Source: a virus (lineage: Duplodnaviria > Caudoviricetes). From it: a stretch of DNA of 64,000 nucleotides. Where the stretch lies: IMG/VR virus record IMGVR_UViG_3300014205_000170, positions 320,001 to 384,000 of that record; one strand, written 5' to 3'. Below the pieces are notes generated by a model that did no database searches, was not told the DNA's origin, and saw nothing but the letters and a program-made list of their open reading frames with translations. The position numbers and the translations under genes are program-made. Every line of letters starts with the position of its first letter. Positions within the stretch are counted from its first letter, which is position 1. This document shows positions 1-10,342 of the stretch, piece by piece.

Positions 1-2116
1 TTGCTATTGTGGAAACTGATGTTGCAGTTGATGGTGTTGTAAAAGTATAAAGAGGCTGTGTGTAATATACTTCATTTTGATTATCAGTAATATTTCCACC
101 AACCCATTGTCTTGACCCTAAAGTGTGTAATAAACCATTAACGCTAGTTCCAGAAGTTTGATTTGTATTATTTGGTTTTGTAAAATTATATGAAGTATAA
201 GAACCAAACGTAACAGCAATCGGTGAAACATTCCAACTATTCCAATTAATAGAACCTGCTGAAGTACCATTGTGTCTAAAAACAATATCGCCACCGTTAG
301 GTGAATTAATATTTATAGATGAACCAACTAATGCTAATGAATAATTACTAGCATTAGGAGTTGCAGTATTGAACCAAATTCCAGGATTACCAGTTGAAAG
401 TGGTAATGAACCAAAATCCATATAAGCTGTATCTTGACCTATCCTAACAATTCTTTGATTTGTTGATGTTGCATTACCAATATTTGTTAAACCACTTATA
501 TAAAGTGTTGTTGCACTTACAGTATTTGCTGATAAATTAAAAGTGCCTAGGTTAACATTACTAACAGCTCCACTATAAGGAACATATCCTGTTGAACCTG
601 TTAAATCACTTATATAAGCAAGTTGATTTCTAACAGAAGAATTATTTGTTATAAATAAATTTGTACCATTCCATTCTGTTGCACCAGATTCTGGTAAAGT
701 TAAAAGAGAACCATTTGAAAATTTTAAAGGTGCAGTAGCTGTTGTACCAACACCTAAATGAAGTTTTGCTGTTGCTGATGTTCCACCACCTATAAATATT
801 AAACCACCATTACTGATATTCATGTTAGCAGCACCATTATTTCTACTAAAAGTTATAGAACCTTCAGTATTCATATTTAACACTTGGTTATTTGAACTAT
901 ATTGAAGCGTGTGATTTGTTGTAGATGGGGTTCCAACTCCTAGATATATAGCTGCTTGATTTGCTACAGCTATACTTTCTCTTATTGTTGTTTTAGTAAA
1001 TATATTTGATGTTGGATGAATTATTGTATTACCGCTAATTGTTGCAGTTGTTGCAGTTAATCCACCACCAATTAAAGTATTTCCTGTAACATGTAATTGT
1101 TCTATTGGTGTAAGAGTTCCTAAACCAAACTTACCGTCATCTAATAATCTTGCTCTTACAATATTATTAGATGTTGTTATCCATGCAAATCCTCCATTGG
1201 CAAAATTTACATTACTAACTGAATTTACGGGAAATGTTACGTTAGAACTAGAAAGTAAAGCGATTAATGCATTACCACCATTACTTCTAAATTCAACACC
1301 AGCTCCAGCTGCACTACCTGCTTGTGAATTATCTAATCTTAAAGCTGTTCTGGCATTTTGGTCTATACCAACAAAAATTGGGAAAGGACCAGTTGGTGTT
1401 GTAGCTAATCCAATAGATAAACCGGTTGTTGCACTTAATGTCGATGCTGTTAAATTACCACTTATATAAGCACTACCATTAATTTCAAATCTTTCTCTTG
1501 GAGTATTTGTATTTACACCAAGTCTTGTGATATTAGTTGTTCCAGCAGTATTGATTGTAAAGAAATTAGCAGCATTATTGGATTGAGTTCCAAATCCTAT
1601 ATTTCCATAACCAGCGCCACCTCCAAATGCTTGTGTGTGTAAAAACCATTCAGCATTTGTGTTATTATCATGAAATAAAATCCTTTGATTATAAATTGAC
1701 TTAATACTTAAATCTGGATTTGCAGTCAGAGTAATGTCATCATCAAGATTTAACATGCCTTTTATAGTCATTCCTGCACCACTATAAGTGGTGGCACTTA
1801 ATGTAGAGGCTGTTAAGTTTTGTAAATTAGAATTCCCTGAAACTGTTAAGTTATCTAAACTTGCTCCTGTAATATTTACAGATGCATTCGAAGAAGTTCC
1901 GGCAGTAAATGTGTTGATACCATTACTAATAGATGCTCCACCTGAAGTTGTAGAACCCGTAACGATACTTGTTATAATATTATATAAATTTGTACCTCCT
2001 GAAAATATTGTTGTTGCTGAAAGATTCGCTGTAAACAAAGTATTTCCAGTAACAGTGCCACCACTGAGATTTAAAAATTCCCTTTTTATAGGATAAAAAT
2101 AATTACCATCTCCCAT
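1..2116 (-). CDS. Tail fibre / receptor-binding-like virion protein (partial, runs off left edge; absent from ORF track)
   Basis: ATG at 2116-2114 overlaps the TAA of the upstream gene. Reads MGDGNYFYPIKREFLNLSGGTVTGN...; Thr/Gly/Ser-rich with fibre-type motifs RLGVNTNTPRERFEING and GKFGLGTLTPIEQLHVTG. Frame spot-checked at both ends. Confidence 0.7.
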   Translation of the reverse strand, partial: MGDGNYFYPIKREFLNLSGGTVTGNTLFTANLSATTIFSGGTNLYNIITSIVTGSTTSGGASISNGINTFTAGTSSNASVNITGASLDNLTVSGNSNLQNLTASTLSATTYSGAGMTIKGMLNLDDDITLTANPDLSIKSIYNQRILFHDNNTNAEWFLHTQAFGGGAGYGNIGFGTQSNNAANFFTINTAGTTNITRLGVNTNTPRERFEINGSAYISGNLTASTLSATTGLSIGLATTPTGPFPIFVGIDQNARTALRLDNSQAGSAAGAGVEFRSNGGNALIALLSSSNVTFPVNSVSNVNFANGGFAWITTSNNIVRARLLDDGKFGLGTLTPIEQLHVTGNTLIGGGLTATTATISGNTIIHPTSNIFTKTTIRESIAVANQAAIYLGVGTPSTTNHTLQYSSNNQVLNMNTEGSITFSRNNGAANMNISNGGLIFIGGGTSATAKLHLGVGTTATAPLKFSNGSLLTLPESGATEWNGTNLFITNNSSVRNQLAYISDLTGSTGYVPYSGAVSNVNLGTFNLSANTVSATTLYISGLTNIGNATSTNQRIVRIGQDTAYMDFGSLPLSTGNPGIWFNTATPNASNYSLALVGSSININSPNGGDIVFRHNGTSAGSINWNSWNVSPIAVTFGSYTSYNFTKPNNTNQTSGTSVNGLLHTLGSRQWVGGNITDNQNEVYYTQPLYTFTTPSTATSVSTIA

Positions 2117-2475
2117 TATACGTCATTTACATCTTTTAAAATATTCACTTCAATAACCCCTAAAGTTGGTACTGTTAATTTTTTCCCATCACTAAAAAAT
2201 AATTCAAATTCTGCTCGATATTTTCCAGCAGTATCAGTATCTCCTGTTACCCAATCATATTGAATACATCCTCCTGAATAACTTGTTATAAAAGCAGACA
2301 TTGAAGAAATTTTTAAATTTCCACAATCATCTGCCATAGAAAAAGTACAAGCAGTTACAGCACTTAAATTAAAGGCAATAACAGAATCTAAACACCCTCT
2401 TGTTTTCACATTAATTTCTAATGCTGGTAGGGTGTCATTTTGTTTTAGTTGAAATGTTTTTATATTCTGTTGCAT
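2116..2475 (-). CDS. BppU-like baseplate/fibre attachment protein
   Basis: KQNDTLP...IQYDWVTGDTDTAGKYRAEFELFFSDGKKLTVP pattern; adjacent to fibre gene. Confidence 0.6.
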   Translation of the reverse strand: MQQNIKTFQLKQNDTLPALEINVKTRGCLDSVIAFNLSAVTACTFSMADDCGNLKISSMSAFITSYSGGCIQYDWVTGDTDTAGKYRAEFELFFSDGKKLTVPTLGVIEVNILKDVNDV

Positions 2476-2485
2476 TTTATATATT

Positions 2486-2878
2486 TTATAATATTTCTAT
2501 TTCAATTCCATAGGCTGGATAGGCTACTTCCACATCAAACATTTGTGACATTGCTTCAACTTCCACTGAACCGCTTATGTTTGTTAAATTCAATCTAAAT
2601 CTCGTTGTCAAAGTTTTAACCGGTGACATTGAATTATATATAACATACCATTTTAATTCATAAGTAGAATCTACTGCATATCTAGTCGGTGTAATATTTA
2701 CATAATACTTTCCAACAGCTTCATTATAAATTGTACAAGTTTCTATAACAGTACTTGAACTTGCGATATAAGTAATAGCAGAGAGACTTAATGGATTGAA
2801 TAAAGTATAAGTGTCTGCACTATTCAACAACACATGGTCAATACGATAAAAATCCTTAGATATAGTCAAATTTGCCAT
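2486..2878 (-). CDS. Hypothetical virion-associated protein
   Basis: 130-aa ORF in structural block with upstream CTATTTAT motif. Confidence 0.55.
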   Translation of the reverse strand: MANLTISKDFYRIDHVLLNSADTYTLFNPLSLSAITYIASSSTVIETCTIYNEAVGKYYVNITPTRYAVDSTYELKWYVIYNSMSPVKTLTTRFRLNLTNISGSVEVEAMSQMFDVEVAYPAYGIEIEIL

Positions 2879-2919
2879 GAGAAATTATACAAAATATTAC
2901 TTTGAGATAAATAGATTTC

Positions 2920-2951
2920 AAAAAAAGAGACCGGTGTTTTTTACCGGTCTC
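2920..2951 (-). terminator. Intrinsic terminator after tail tube gene
   Basis: GAGACCGGT/ACCGGTCTC stem with A-run on + strand (U-tract on minus). Confidence 0.75.
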
Positions 2952-2976
2952 ATTACAATTTAATATGTATCTTAAA

Positions 2977-3465
2977 TTACGCTAAAAGACATCTGTCTGG
3001 TTGAACAGTAATTTTACATTTAATTACATCATCTGAACCGTAATCGAAGGAATCAAAATCAGCAGAAGTGATTTGACAACCAACCATTGTCCATTTTTCA
3101 ACATCAACACCAACTGGGTCAAGTGCTTTAAGAACAAGGTTTTTCTTGTATCCTACGGCATATCCCATTTTTCCGGTAGCTGATTCAGCATGTAAGCGAA
3201 CCCACTCCATTACCTTTTGTGTTGTAGAAGGACCAATTACATCAATAAATTCAATATCAATAGTTTCCCACTTATAACGACCAGCAACGAATGTTGAGGT
3301 ATTCATAAAAGGAATTTCTGTACTATTAATAGTGATTTTTGGTTTCCCGGATGTTTGAACTAGATAAGATTCAAAACCAAGCTCGGTTGGAAATTCTAGA
3401 TAAAATCTATTTTTACGTTTTGGTTCTTGTTCAACAGGAACCGGTCTAAACATTACTACGCCCAT
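2977..3465 (-). CDS. Tail tube protein (T4 gp19-like)
   Basis: EPKRKNRF, AGRYKWETIDIEFID, LDPVGVDVEKW motifs; downstream of sheath. Confidence 0.85.
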   Translation of the reverse strand: MGVVMFRPVPVEQEPKRKNRFYLEFPTELGFESYLVQTSGKPKITINSTEIPFMNTSTFVAGRYKWETIDIEFIDVIGPSTTQKVMEWVRLHAESATGKMGYAVGYKKNLVLKALDPVGVDVEKWTMVGCQITSADFDSFDYGSDDVIKCKITVQPDRCLLA

Positions 3466-3531
3466 GTGTTATTAAGTTTTTATATAAATACGGAAGAAAA
3501 AAAAACTTAATAATCTATTAAAAAATATTTT

Positions 3532-3885
3532 TTATATAAATGGGTTTCCTGCTTTTTTTAAATTATCAATAGTATTTTCTATGCTATTACATAGGGGTAA
3601 AAAATCTAAAACGTCTTTTGGAGCCAAATTAAACCATTCACCTTTTAAATATTCAAAATCATAATTAAAATTATCAGTGACTTTTTTTGAATTTAATTTG
3701 TTATGCAATGATTTTTCTGTTTTAAAGGGGTATTTGCTGTTAAAAATAGAGATTATATTGAGTTGTTGAGGAGTTCCAGTTTGTAATTGTTTTACACGTT
3801 TTCCTGGATTTACAGAAATGCCAATTTTATAAAAACTTGTATTGTGGATGTTTATCAAATATAATTTATATTCTCGTTTTGACAC
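3532..3885 (-). CDS. GIY-YIG superfamily (T5orf172/MUG113-like) nuclease
   Basis: YKIGIS..P.KRVKQLQTG, E..LH and GEWF motifs. Confidence 0.75.
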   Translation of the reverse strand: MSKREYKLYLINIHNTSFYKIGISVNPGKRVKQLQTGTPQQLNIISIFNSKYPFKTEKSLHNKLNSKKVTDNFNYDFEYLKGEWFNLAPKDVLDFLPLCNSIENTIDNLKKAGNPFI

Positions 3886-3921
3886 CCTATAAAATAAAAA
3901 GATTTAATTTTAAATTACAAC

Positions 3922-3954
3922 AAAAAAGGGATATATTTTTAGTATATCCCTTTT
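3922..3954 (-). terminator. Intrinsic terminator after tail sheath gene
   Basis: GGGATATA/TATATCCC stem flanked by A- and T-runs. Confidence 0.7.
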
Positions 3955-3973
3955 AATTTTTATGATTCTTAGT

Positions 3974-6295
3974 TTAGAAATCTTCGAAATTTGCTCCTTG
4001 TGGTAAAACTTGGAACGTTAAATCGATAAATTCTAAAGTTGGAGTAGGTTTCAATTGAATTTTTCCAGTTAAAGTATTTGGGTCAGCAGCAGGGCTACTA
4101 TCTAAAACCACTTTAAACGCATCTAAACCTCTTTGATTTTGAATTTGTAATAAGATAGGTTCAACTTTTTGTAAGAATTGGTCTCTAACAGTTGCATCAT
4201 TTTGTTCAAACAATAACGTTTGAGATGCAGCAGCGATTAACCTTCTAACTTGAAGTAAAAGCCTTCTAACATTTACTCTATCAAGAGCAGATTGTTTAAT
4301 TTGTAAAGTTTTTTGACCATAAATAACAACACCTTGTTGAACAAAAGTTGCTACCGGATTAATTCTATCTTGATATAATGTATCTCTATCATCTTGAGTT
4401 AATTTCACATCAGCTTTTTGAACCATAGAAGATACTAGACCTCTATTAAATCCAGCCGGTGCAAACCAAGGATAAGCAACATTATCAGTTAAAGCAATCG
4501 CTCTTACAATTTCCATTGTTGGAGACACATATACAAACTTATTAAAGTTTGAATCGTTGATTTGAACCCATGGCCAATATGTAGCAGCATAGTTAGAATC
4601 AATTCCAGTATCTTGAAGGTCAGATACAGCCTCAGAAGCAGTTCCTTTTACAAGACCTTCTGTGATTCTTGGAGAGTCAACAATATAAATTGAATCAGCT
4701 CTGTTTTCAACAGTAGTAAGTGCATATTTTACAACAGCTTCATGATTTTTATAATCAATTCCAGGAACAGCAAATAAATTTATATCTACTTTTTCAGGAT
4801 TTGACATTTCATCAATTGCATCTTCCATTGCAATTACGTTATTCGCATCAATTGCAGCAGAAGTAAAATCAGGGTATCTAAATTTATTCCAACCATCAAA
4901 ACCACCTGCTGGAACCAAAGTAAATTTACGTTCTGATTTTGTATAAGCGCTTACAGCGATTTCATTACCAAGAACATAACTTGCAGAAGGCGCAGTGCTT
5001 TCCATGTGGAATCCTTTAACAGTAGTTGTACCAGTTGGAGTAGCTCCAAGATATTGCCACAAATCAGTTTCTAAAGTTTTAATTGAATTGCTTACAGAAA
5101 CTTGACTTGAAGTAAAGCCGGTATAACCCAATTCAGAAACACCAAGATAAGTTTTAAATACAGAATCTCCAGAGAAATACACAGTTTTGTAATAAACTTG
5201 TGGACTTGTAGAACCGCTTATTGCAGAACTTCTAAAAGTATATCCTTTAAATCCGGCAGGAACTGTATCAGTTGGATGATTTTCTGCTAAATCCAAAGTC
5301 ACATAATTTGACCTTCTTGGATATTCTTCATCTGTTGTACCAATTGCTTTTGCAATATAATTTGGTTGTGTAGAATCTAATGTAAGACTTCTAAATCTTT
5401 CTAATGTAACAATTGCAGCATCAGTATCATTGTAATCTCTAATGATAACATCAAATGTTTTTGTAATATCATCAATGTTCGCAATAGAAATTTTAATTTC
5501 TGAGTTTGCACTATCTCCATCAGAGATAGAAGTAAATTTAAATAATTCTCTAACAATACCACCTGCAACTTTAGATACAATATAAGGTGTTACTGGAGTT
5601 TGATACCCATCTAAATAATCAGTATAAATAGCATCAGTAGAATAAGTAATTGCAGTATTGATAGTTAATATGTTACCTCTTTGAGCAGCTTCTCTTGTGA
5701 AGTGTGGATAAATAGTTTCAACATATAAACCAAGGTCATTTGTAAATTTCTTAGGATTTTTTCCTAAAACTTTTACGATATAATCATCTCTTGTTTCATC
5801 TAAAGAAACAGTGATAGCACTTAAAGTTTGAGCAGTTAAAGGTCCAGTAGTAGCACTTAAAGTGAAAGGAAGTAATATTCCTGTGATGTTTGCAATTTTT
5901 ACAGCACTCTCAGCAGTTGCTAAGAAAGAAACTCCTTCGTTAGCAGATTTACTTCTAATAACACATAAAGGTGAACCACTAAATGTTCCACCACTAGCTT
6001 GAATAATCCAAGCAGCAGAGTTAGTAAAACCTTCATTACCAAGAACTCTTGTAATAGTAAGTTCTTGTGATTGTTTTAAAAATGAATTTGCAACATACGG
6101 CAATTGAATTCTAGTGTCGGTTGTACCGAATCTAGCCAAATATTCGTCTGTACTTGAAATTTTGATAGGTTCAAAAGCTGGTCCTTTTGTTGTTTCACCA
6201 ACAAGACCCAATCTTGTGATACCTATTTGAGATGCAAAAACTGAGAAATCTTGTTCTCTTGTGTAAACACCGGGTGATACGAAAACTGTTGCCAT
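3974..6295 (-). CDS. Contractile tail sheath protein (T4 gp18-like)
   Basis: N-terminal FVSPGVYTRE; C-terminal PWFAPAGFNRG, RINPV, GQKTL, DRVNVRRLL, FEQND. Confidence 0.95.
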   Translation of the reverse strand: MATVFVSPGVYTREQDFSVFASQIGITRLGLVGETTKGPAFEPIKISSTDEYLARFGTTDTRIQLPYVANSFLKQSQELTITRVLGNEGFTNSAAWIIQASGGTFSGSPLCVIRSKSANEGVSFLATAESAVKIANITGILLPFTLSATTGPLTAQTLSAITVSLDETRDDYIVKVLGKNPKKFTNDLGLYVETIYPHFTREAAQRGNILTINTAITYSTDAIYTDYLDGYQTPVTPYIVSKVAGGIVRELFKFTSISDGDSANSEIKISIANIDDITKTFDVIIRDYNDTDAAIVTLERFRSLTLDSTQPNYIAKAIGTTDEEYPRRSNYVTLDLAENHPTDTVPAGFKGYTFRSSAISGSTSPQVYYKTVYFSGDSVFKTYLGVSELGYTGFTSSQVSVSNSIKTLETDLWQYLGATPTGTTTVKGFHMESTAPSASYVLGNEIAVSAYTKSERKFTLVPAGGFDGWNKFRYPDFTSAAIDANNVIAMEDAIDEMSNPEKVDINLFAVPGIDYKNHEAVVKYALTTVENRADSIYIVDSPRITEGLVKGTASEAVSDLQDTGIDSNYAATYWPWVQINDSNFNKFVYVSPTMEIVRAIALTDNVAYPWFAPAGFNRGLVSSMVQKADVKLTQDDRDTLYQDRINPVATFVQQGVVIYGQKTLQIKQSALDRVNVRRLLLQVRRLIAAASQTLLFEQNDATVRDQFLQKVEPILLQIQNQRGLDAFKVVLDSSPAADPNTLTGKIQLKPTPTLEFIDLTFQVLPQGANFEDF

Positions 6296-6346
6296 TTATA
6301 TATGTTGTTTTTTATTTCCAATAAATAGTGAAGAAATTCTCAAAAC

Positions 6347-7069
6347 TTAGAGTTCCTTTATGTCTATTTTTATTTTAGTAATTGTTGGTACTCTTTCAAA
6401 ATTTGTAGGGTCAACTAACTTGCCATAAACAGAAAGTGGAAAAACAATTTGAAATCTTCTATCAGAAGAAATATCATCCATTGTATTTTCTTCACTTGGG
6501 TCTGATAACATCAATGGAATATGATAACCATTGATGTTCATATAACCTTGACCATCTGAAAAACCATCCATAATTATTCTTTCGTAAGAAATATTTGCAT
6601 CTTGCAAATAATGAGTTAAGAATCTTAATTCAAATTGAACATCTACTCTTGGAGGTTGAGGTATTTTATATAAATCATACCCCTTTAAGGTTCCATCAAA
6701 AAGAGGAACCTTAACAAAAGTAAAATTCTTCTTTTTTGGTATAGTTCTTTTTAAAGGATTTTGTCCTGGTTTTACTGTTGTTCTTTTAATAGCCATAAAA
6801 GGCATATTAAGCTCTTCACCACTTTCATCTTTTAAAAATTTCCAATTTAACTTGAATTCTGCCCATCTTTCTTGATTTAAGAATATGAGTGGTACTTTCA
6901 CAAGAACACCATCCGCATTAATCACTGAAATATTTAAAGAATTAATATAATCTACAACTCCTTGGTCAATATCCTCTAAAAGTAGTTTTTTAGGAAGGTA
7001 ATCGTTGTTTTCAAAGCTTTGATTAAGAAGATTATTTATGTTTTTTTGAATTGACATACCCAATAACAA
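6347..7069 (-). CDS. Tail terminator / sheath stabiliser (gp15-like)
   Basis: VPLIF...ERW, MPFMAI.R and P..VDVQFEL pattern; lies between neck and sheath genes. Confidence 0.6.
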   Translation of the reverse strand: MLLGMSIQKNINNLLNQSFENNDYLPKKLLLEDIDQGVVDYINSLNISVINADGVLVKVPLIFLNQERWAEFKLNWKFLKDESGEELNMPFMAIKRTTVKPGQNPLKRTIPKKKNFTFVKVPLFDGTLKGYDLYKIPQPPRVDVQFELRFLTHYLQDANISYERIIMDGFSDGQGYMNINGYHIPLMLSDPSEENTMDDISSDRRFQIVFPLSVYGKLVDPTNFERVPTITKIKIDIKEL

Positions 7070-7136
7070 TTTTTAATAAATAGTTTATTTTAAACAAAAC
7101 TTGCTTTTTTTAAAGCTCCCAATTATGTTTACTGGT

Positions 7137-7430
7137 CATAGAACAGAAGTAATTGGACGGGATATATAAAAGACACGCCAATTTTTGGCCTTTGCAGCGA
7201 TTACTTCTTAATGTGTTACTGGGGGTTTCTACTCAACACAGCGCCGGCACTAAGCGGAGAGGCGTACATAGAACGGAGGGCTATACCTTTGAAAGTTGAC
7301 CGCAACCTAAAGCACTATAGTGTTTGACTTTAGGCATACGATAGATACTTGGCTCCGAGAAAAAGGAATAGTAATCAATCAATGGTGGGTGATAATAAAG
7401 GTTTTACAAAATCTTTATTAGGACTCACTA
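7137..7430 (+). ncRNA. Candidate structured non-coding RNA (unidentified)
   Basis: ORF-free, locally GC-richer gap with several complementary stems; G-U pairs favour the + strand. Confidence 0.45.
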
Positions 7431-7521
7431 TGCAAACTCCTGAAAACTTTCTCCTTAGAAATTCCAATAGATAAATTTAGAAATAAAGTATTATTACGAA
7501 TAAAGATTTTAGATAAGAATA

Positions 7522-8061
7522 TTATCTAGCATTAAATACATCATCCTTAACTCTAATTCCAACAATTTTTATAGAGAAAGCTATATCTCCTGCATAAGAT
7601 TGTTGATTTGCAATATTAGAAGAACCATCATCAATAACTTCATAATAATGACCTTTAAAATAAGTATAATCACCTATTCTGATATTTACGTTTAATTCAG
7701 CTAAATGTGTTCTGTATACACTTGCTGTAATTTTTCCATATCCTTTTTTGATAATTCCACCAGGAACCATGTATTCCGGAGAATCAGATTCTACATTTAT
7801 TCTTCCAAATACTTCTACTGGAGTTAAGTAAACTTTTTTCTTTGATTCACCGTAAAGTTTATGAGTATTAGTTTTTTGATAATCAACTCTATATAAAATG
7901 AAACTTTCCTTTAAAATATCATTGGTTATTTCTCTTCCTACAGTATCAAAAAAAGCTCTTTCTTTTTCTCCAAAGAACAAATCAATACCTTTTTTAGAGA
8001 TATCTTGAGATTTTGCTTCTTCAGGCTTTTCTTCGCCTTCATTATAAGGAGGATTTGCCAT
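7522..8061 (-). CDS. Neck / head-closure protein (gp14-like)
   Basis: LYRVDYQKT....LYGES and IGDY.YFKGHYYEV motifs; follows gp13-like gene. Confidence 0.6.
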   Translation of the reverse strand: MANPPYNEGEEKPEEAKSQDISKKGIDLFFGEKERAFFDTVGREITNDILKESFILYRVDYQKTNTHKLYGESKKKVYLTPVEVFGRINVESDSPEYMVPGGIIKKGYGKITASVYRTHLAELNVNIRIGDYTYFKGHYYEVIDDGSSNIANQQSYAGDIAFSIKIVGIRVKDDVFNAR

Positions 8062-8067
8062 AATTTA

Positions 8068-9249
8068 TTATCCTTTCCAAATACTTAAAGGACTATATAT
8101 AAATGTTTTATTAATACTTTCTTGAATAGCAGCATTATTTTCAAGAATTGCTTTATAATTTAATCTTTCTAATGTAGCCTTTAATTCTTCGCGTAACGCA
8201 TCCATATCAGCTCTACCGTTAGTTATTAAAGCATCAGCATTTAATGTAACAGTAGCGTCAGGAATAGGTAATTCACCACTAAATTTACCTCTAATACCTA
8301 ATCCTAATAATTCTTTAGCATTTGCTTGAGAAAATCTTTTCACCCATCTTTTTGCAGGGTCATTAAGTTCACTATAAGTTAAGTTATATAATTTCGCATC
8401 TGATGGTCCGGAAACTAAACCATTACCTTGACTTATATTTCCAAAAACATCAGTTGTTCCAGTAAATCCTGGATTTGCTGTATAACCAGACAAATCAGCA
8501 TTACCACCAACTCCTATTGTGTCATAATAATTATAAAACACAGTTCCTGGTGTATAAAACCCAGGACTTACCAAAGAAGAATTTGCTGAATTAGTTGGAA
8601 TAGGATATAAAGTTAATTTTTTTGTACCATTTGGTCCACCAACAATTCTATATGAATATTCAGAACCTCTTACTTTATTTCTAACTGTTGCTGCTTGAGA
8701 AGTTAGTAATGTATCATAAATTGGCATTACAGATGCTAAAGGAGCACCTGCGAAACTGGCTCCAAATTCAGTAAAGGCAATATTTGCGTTTGAAAATGGG
8801 TCTAACCCATATAAATTTATAAAACTTGGTGTGTGCCATAAAACTTCGATTATTTCTCGATTTGCTTCGATATAATAATTTTGAGTTCCGGCAGTTAAAA
8901 TTATAGCAGCTGTTTTTAATTCTCTTAAAGACATAGAAGAAGTTCCTTCTATATCGGAATATGCTCTTGCAAAAGTTCTTTCAAAACCAAAATTATTTGA
9001 AACAAATTTTAAAGTAAAATCAATATTTTTTGGCAAACCAAGCATTTGAGACATTCTATTTTCAAGTGCCCAATCATTGATATATGTTGAATATTCTTCA
9101 ATAGCTTCGCATACACATTCTTGTAATTGTTCATCACGTAATTCAACACCCATAACAGGTTCACCAAGCTTTCTTCGTATTCTACGATAAAGCCTTGCAA
9201 TGTCGGAAGTTGTCATTCCGGTTAAACAATTATCTGCGCAAATTTCCAT
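8068..9249 (-). CDS. Neck protein (T4 gp13-like)
   Basis: RRKLGEPVMGVELRDEQL..C..EA N-terminus; WVKRFSQA.AKELLG...RGKFSG.LP C-terminus. Confidence 0.75.
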   Translation of the reverse strand: MEICADNCLTGMTTSDIARLYRRIRRKLGEPVMGVELRDEQLQECVCEAIEEYSTYINDWALENRMSQMLGLPKNIDFTLKFVSNNFGFERTFARAYSDIEGTSSMSLRELKTAAIILTAGTQNYYIEANREIIEVLWHTPSFINLYGLDPFSNANIAFTEFGASFAGAPLASVMPIYDTLLTSQAATVRNKVRGSEYSYRIVGGPNGTKKLTLYPIPTNSANSSLVSPGFYTPGTVFYNYYDTIGVGGNADLSGYTANPGFTGTTDVFGNISQGNGLVSGPSDAKLYNLTYSELNDPAKRWVKRFSQANAKELLGLGIRGKFSGELPIPDATVTLNADALITNGRADMDALREELKATLERLNYKAILENNAAIQESINKTFIYSPLSIWKG

Positions 9250-9263
9250 TTATAATCAATTAA

Positions 9264-9545
9264 TTAGAATTGAGTTGTAGTATAAGAAATACCTTGATTT
9301 TTTGCTCTGAAACCTATAAAAGTCCCAGAATTGACAGTAAGAGTAGCTGGAACAACATCAATATATGAATTGGTTGTACCAGACCAAATAAAATTACCAC
9401 CACCCATTGGGTTTATAGTTATAGTTCCAGTACTTAAACAATAAATTTGATGTACTGTATTTGCTGTAATACCATTACCTAATTGGAATGTTGTCATTGT
9501 ACCACTTAAAGATATTGCTTCGAAATTTTTTGATTGAAGTCCCAT
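9264..9545 (-). CDS. Small hypothetical virion protein
   Basis: 93-aa Gly/Thr-rich ORF heading the neck operon; upstream CTATTTAC. Confidence 0.55.
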   Translation of the reverse strand: MGLQSKNFEAISLSGTMTTFQLGNGITANTVHQIYCLSTGTITINPMGGGNFIWSGTTNSYIDVVPATLTVNSGTFIGFRAKNQGISYTTTQF

Positions 9546-9627
9546 GATTCTTTTTTATTGTAAATAGTCTTCAAAAAACATCTAAAAAGTGTTTTATATT
9601 GCAATTTTAATAATTACCTTTACTATA

Positions 9628-9825
9628 ATGCATTTTGAAGAAAAAAACTTAAACCAAAGGTTAATTAATCTAACAAAAGGGTTCACTCATGAAGATAAAT
9701 TTTCATATAGAAAGGACAGAAATTGGGAAAAGTTTGACAAACTTACATCAATAGAAAAATTAAAAAGCATAATTAAAGAAATTCAAGAATATAAGAATGG
9801 TTATATTGAAGAAGAATATTATTAA
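9628..9825 (+). CDS. Hypothetical protein
   Basis: ORF track 9589-9825; ATG at 9628 is the likelier start. Confidence 0.45.
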   Translation: MHFEEKNLNQRLINLTKGFTHEDKFSYRKDRNWEKFDKLTSIEKLKSIIKEIQEYKNGYIEEEYY

Positions 9826-9852
9826 TTGTAACGCTTATTTATATATAAAAGA

Positions 9853-10101
9853 ATGAAATCAACTACACAAATAAATACGGAAATGGGAATAGAAACAGCA
9901 AAAACTCATTTTGAAAAGAATCTTTTACCTATGTTGGAAGAAGGCTATAATCAAGGAATAATTGAATTTAAATTAAGAATGTTTAATTCTACTAGTTTTT
10001 ATATTCACCCTTACGGTAAAGATGGAAAAACTATAAATATTGATTGGTCTCCATCTAAAGAACCAATTATTGATATTAATGTGGATGAAAGTGAAAAATA
10101 A
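9853..10101 (+). CDS. Hypothetical protein
   Basis: 82-aa ORF with A-rich upstream region. Confidence 0.55.
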   Translation: MKSTTQINTEMGIETAKTHFEKNLLPMLEEGYNQGIIEFKLRMFNSTSFYIHPYGKDGKTINIDWSPSKEPIIDINVDESEK

Positions 10102-10129
10102 AAATGTATTATTCTATTTATAAAATACT

Positions 10130-10342
10130 ATGAAAAATGAAGGAATATCACAAGATGTAAAAGATTTTGTAAAAAAAGCAATGTCAGAAATTCGTTTAGA
10201 TGTTGATATTGAGTATTGTAAAAAACACAATATCAAATTTAAAGACACAGTAGATAAAGAAACAGAAGATGAATTGTGGGACAGATTAGCAGATTCTAAA
10301 AGAACAAAAGCAGCTTTTGATATAGTTACAAAAAATTGCTAA
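10130..10342 (+). CDS. Hypothetical protein
   Basis: 70-aa ORF. Confidence 0.55.
   Translation: MKNEGISQDVKDFVKKAMSEIRLDVDIEYCKKHNIKFKDTVDKETEDELWDRLADSKRTKAAFDIVTKNC

Noticed and set aside
1197-2096. Plus-strand ORFs 1197-1469 and 1788-2096
   Set aside because: Shadows of the minus-strand fibre gene 1-2116
7137-7430. tmRNA, RNase P RNA or group I intron identity
   Set aside because: No tRNA-like ends, no GAGGAAAGTCC-type motif, no recognisable P7 core, and flanking genes appear complete
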